From an uncultured Thioalkalispiraceae bacterium (GTDB lineage: Bacteria > Pseudomonadota > Gammaproteobacteria > UBA6429 > Thiohalophilaceae): a stretch of 64,000 bases of DNA. The stretch lies in assembly GCA_964504295.1 (NCBI GenBank), contig CAZDEC010000007.1:664-64663 (forward strand), in the 5' to 3' direction. The notes under the pieces were generated by a model. The model saw nothing but the letters and a program-made list of their open reading frames with translations, searched no databases and was not told where the DNA came from. Below are positions 63,957 through 64,000 of this stretch, piece by piece. A program made the translations under genes and the position numbers. Within the stretch, counting starts at the first letter, position 1, and each line of letters opens with the position of its first letter.

Positions 63957-64000
63957 TTTTGATACCTTGCTGAATAGTACTATTTTATAAGTGTAGTCGA

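Noticed and set aside
1-64000. Prophage, integrative element, defence island, toxin-antitoxin pair, or tRNA/rRNA genes
   Set aside because: I recognised no integrase, transposase, recombinase, phage structural, restriction/Cas or TA-like genes. I spotted no tRNA T-arm (GGTTCGAATCC-like) or rRNA signatures on reading. A tRNAscan/Infernal run would be needed to be certain about small RNAs.

Overview
AT-rich chromosomal segment that looks like a marine gammaproteobacterium. The taxon guess (Alteromonadales-like) is inference from gene content only: ispB / rplU-rpmA-obg / proB, fabA-fabB, purT, msrA, PEP-CTERM proteins. All homology calls were made by eye from the translated ORFs against remembered family signatures, with no searches run. 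I support about 65 CDSs. I found no rRNA, tRNA, CRISPR array, transposase or integrase.

Most of the window is housekeeping or signalling genes:
- a Mo-oxidoreductase cluster at the left edge
- an MCP / STAS / HsbR-like partner-switching module
- selO-hopJ
- an ABC-F ATPase
- a zinc-ribbon / class III cyclase / STAND protein
- a GMC oxidoreductase pair
- a hotdog / lpxA-like / fabA / fabB cluster
- amt

The stand-out is a complete, tightly coupled 8-gene complex-I-like operon on the minus strand (50698-59486). Gene order is NuoA, a NuoB-NuoD fusion, then H, J, K, L, M, N. It has no NuoE/F/G, NuoI or NuoC. The fusion protein has lost every Fe-S, quinone-site and NiFe ligand I can recognise. In the position where NuoC would sit it carries three CPMHPE...CPxCGM heavy-metal-binding zinc-ribbon modules, two of which are a near-identical 132-bp tandem duplication. 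Next to the operon lie a divergent permease, a YHS (metal-binding) mini-protein behind a MerR-type-looking promoter, and two tandem paralogous REC-plus-unknown-domain proteins. I consider this block (50.7-63.7 kb) the best candidate for an undescribed system.

Other points worth a second look:
- a cysteine-less DsrC/TusE homolog beside the Mo enzyme
- three paralogs of a small WFF-motif protein
- two MITE-like repeat families
- an 8-bp VNTR in a promoter region
- an orphan PEP-CTERM tail
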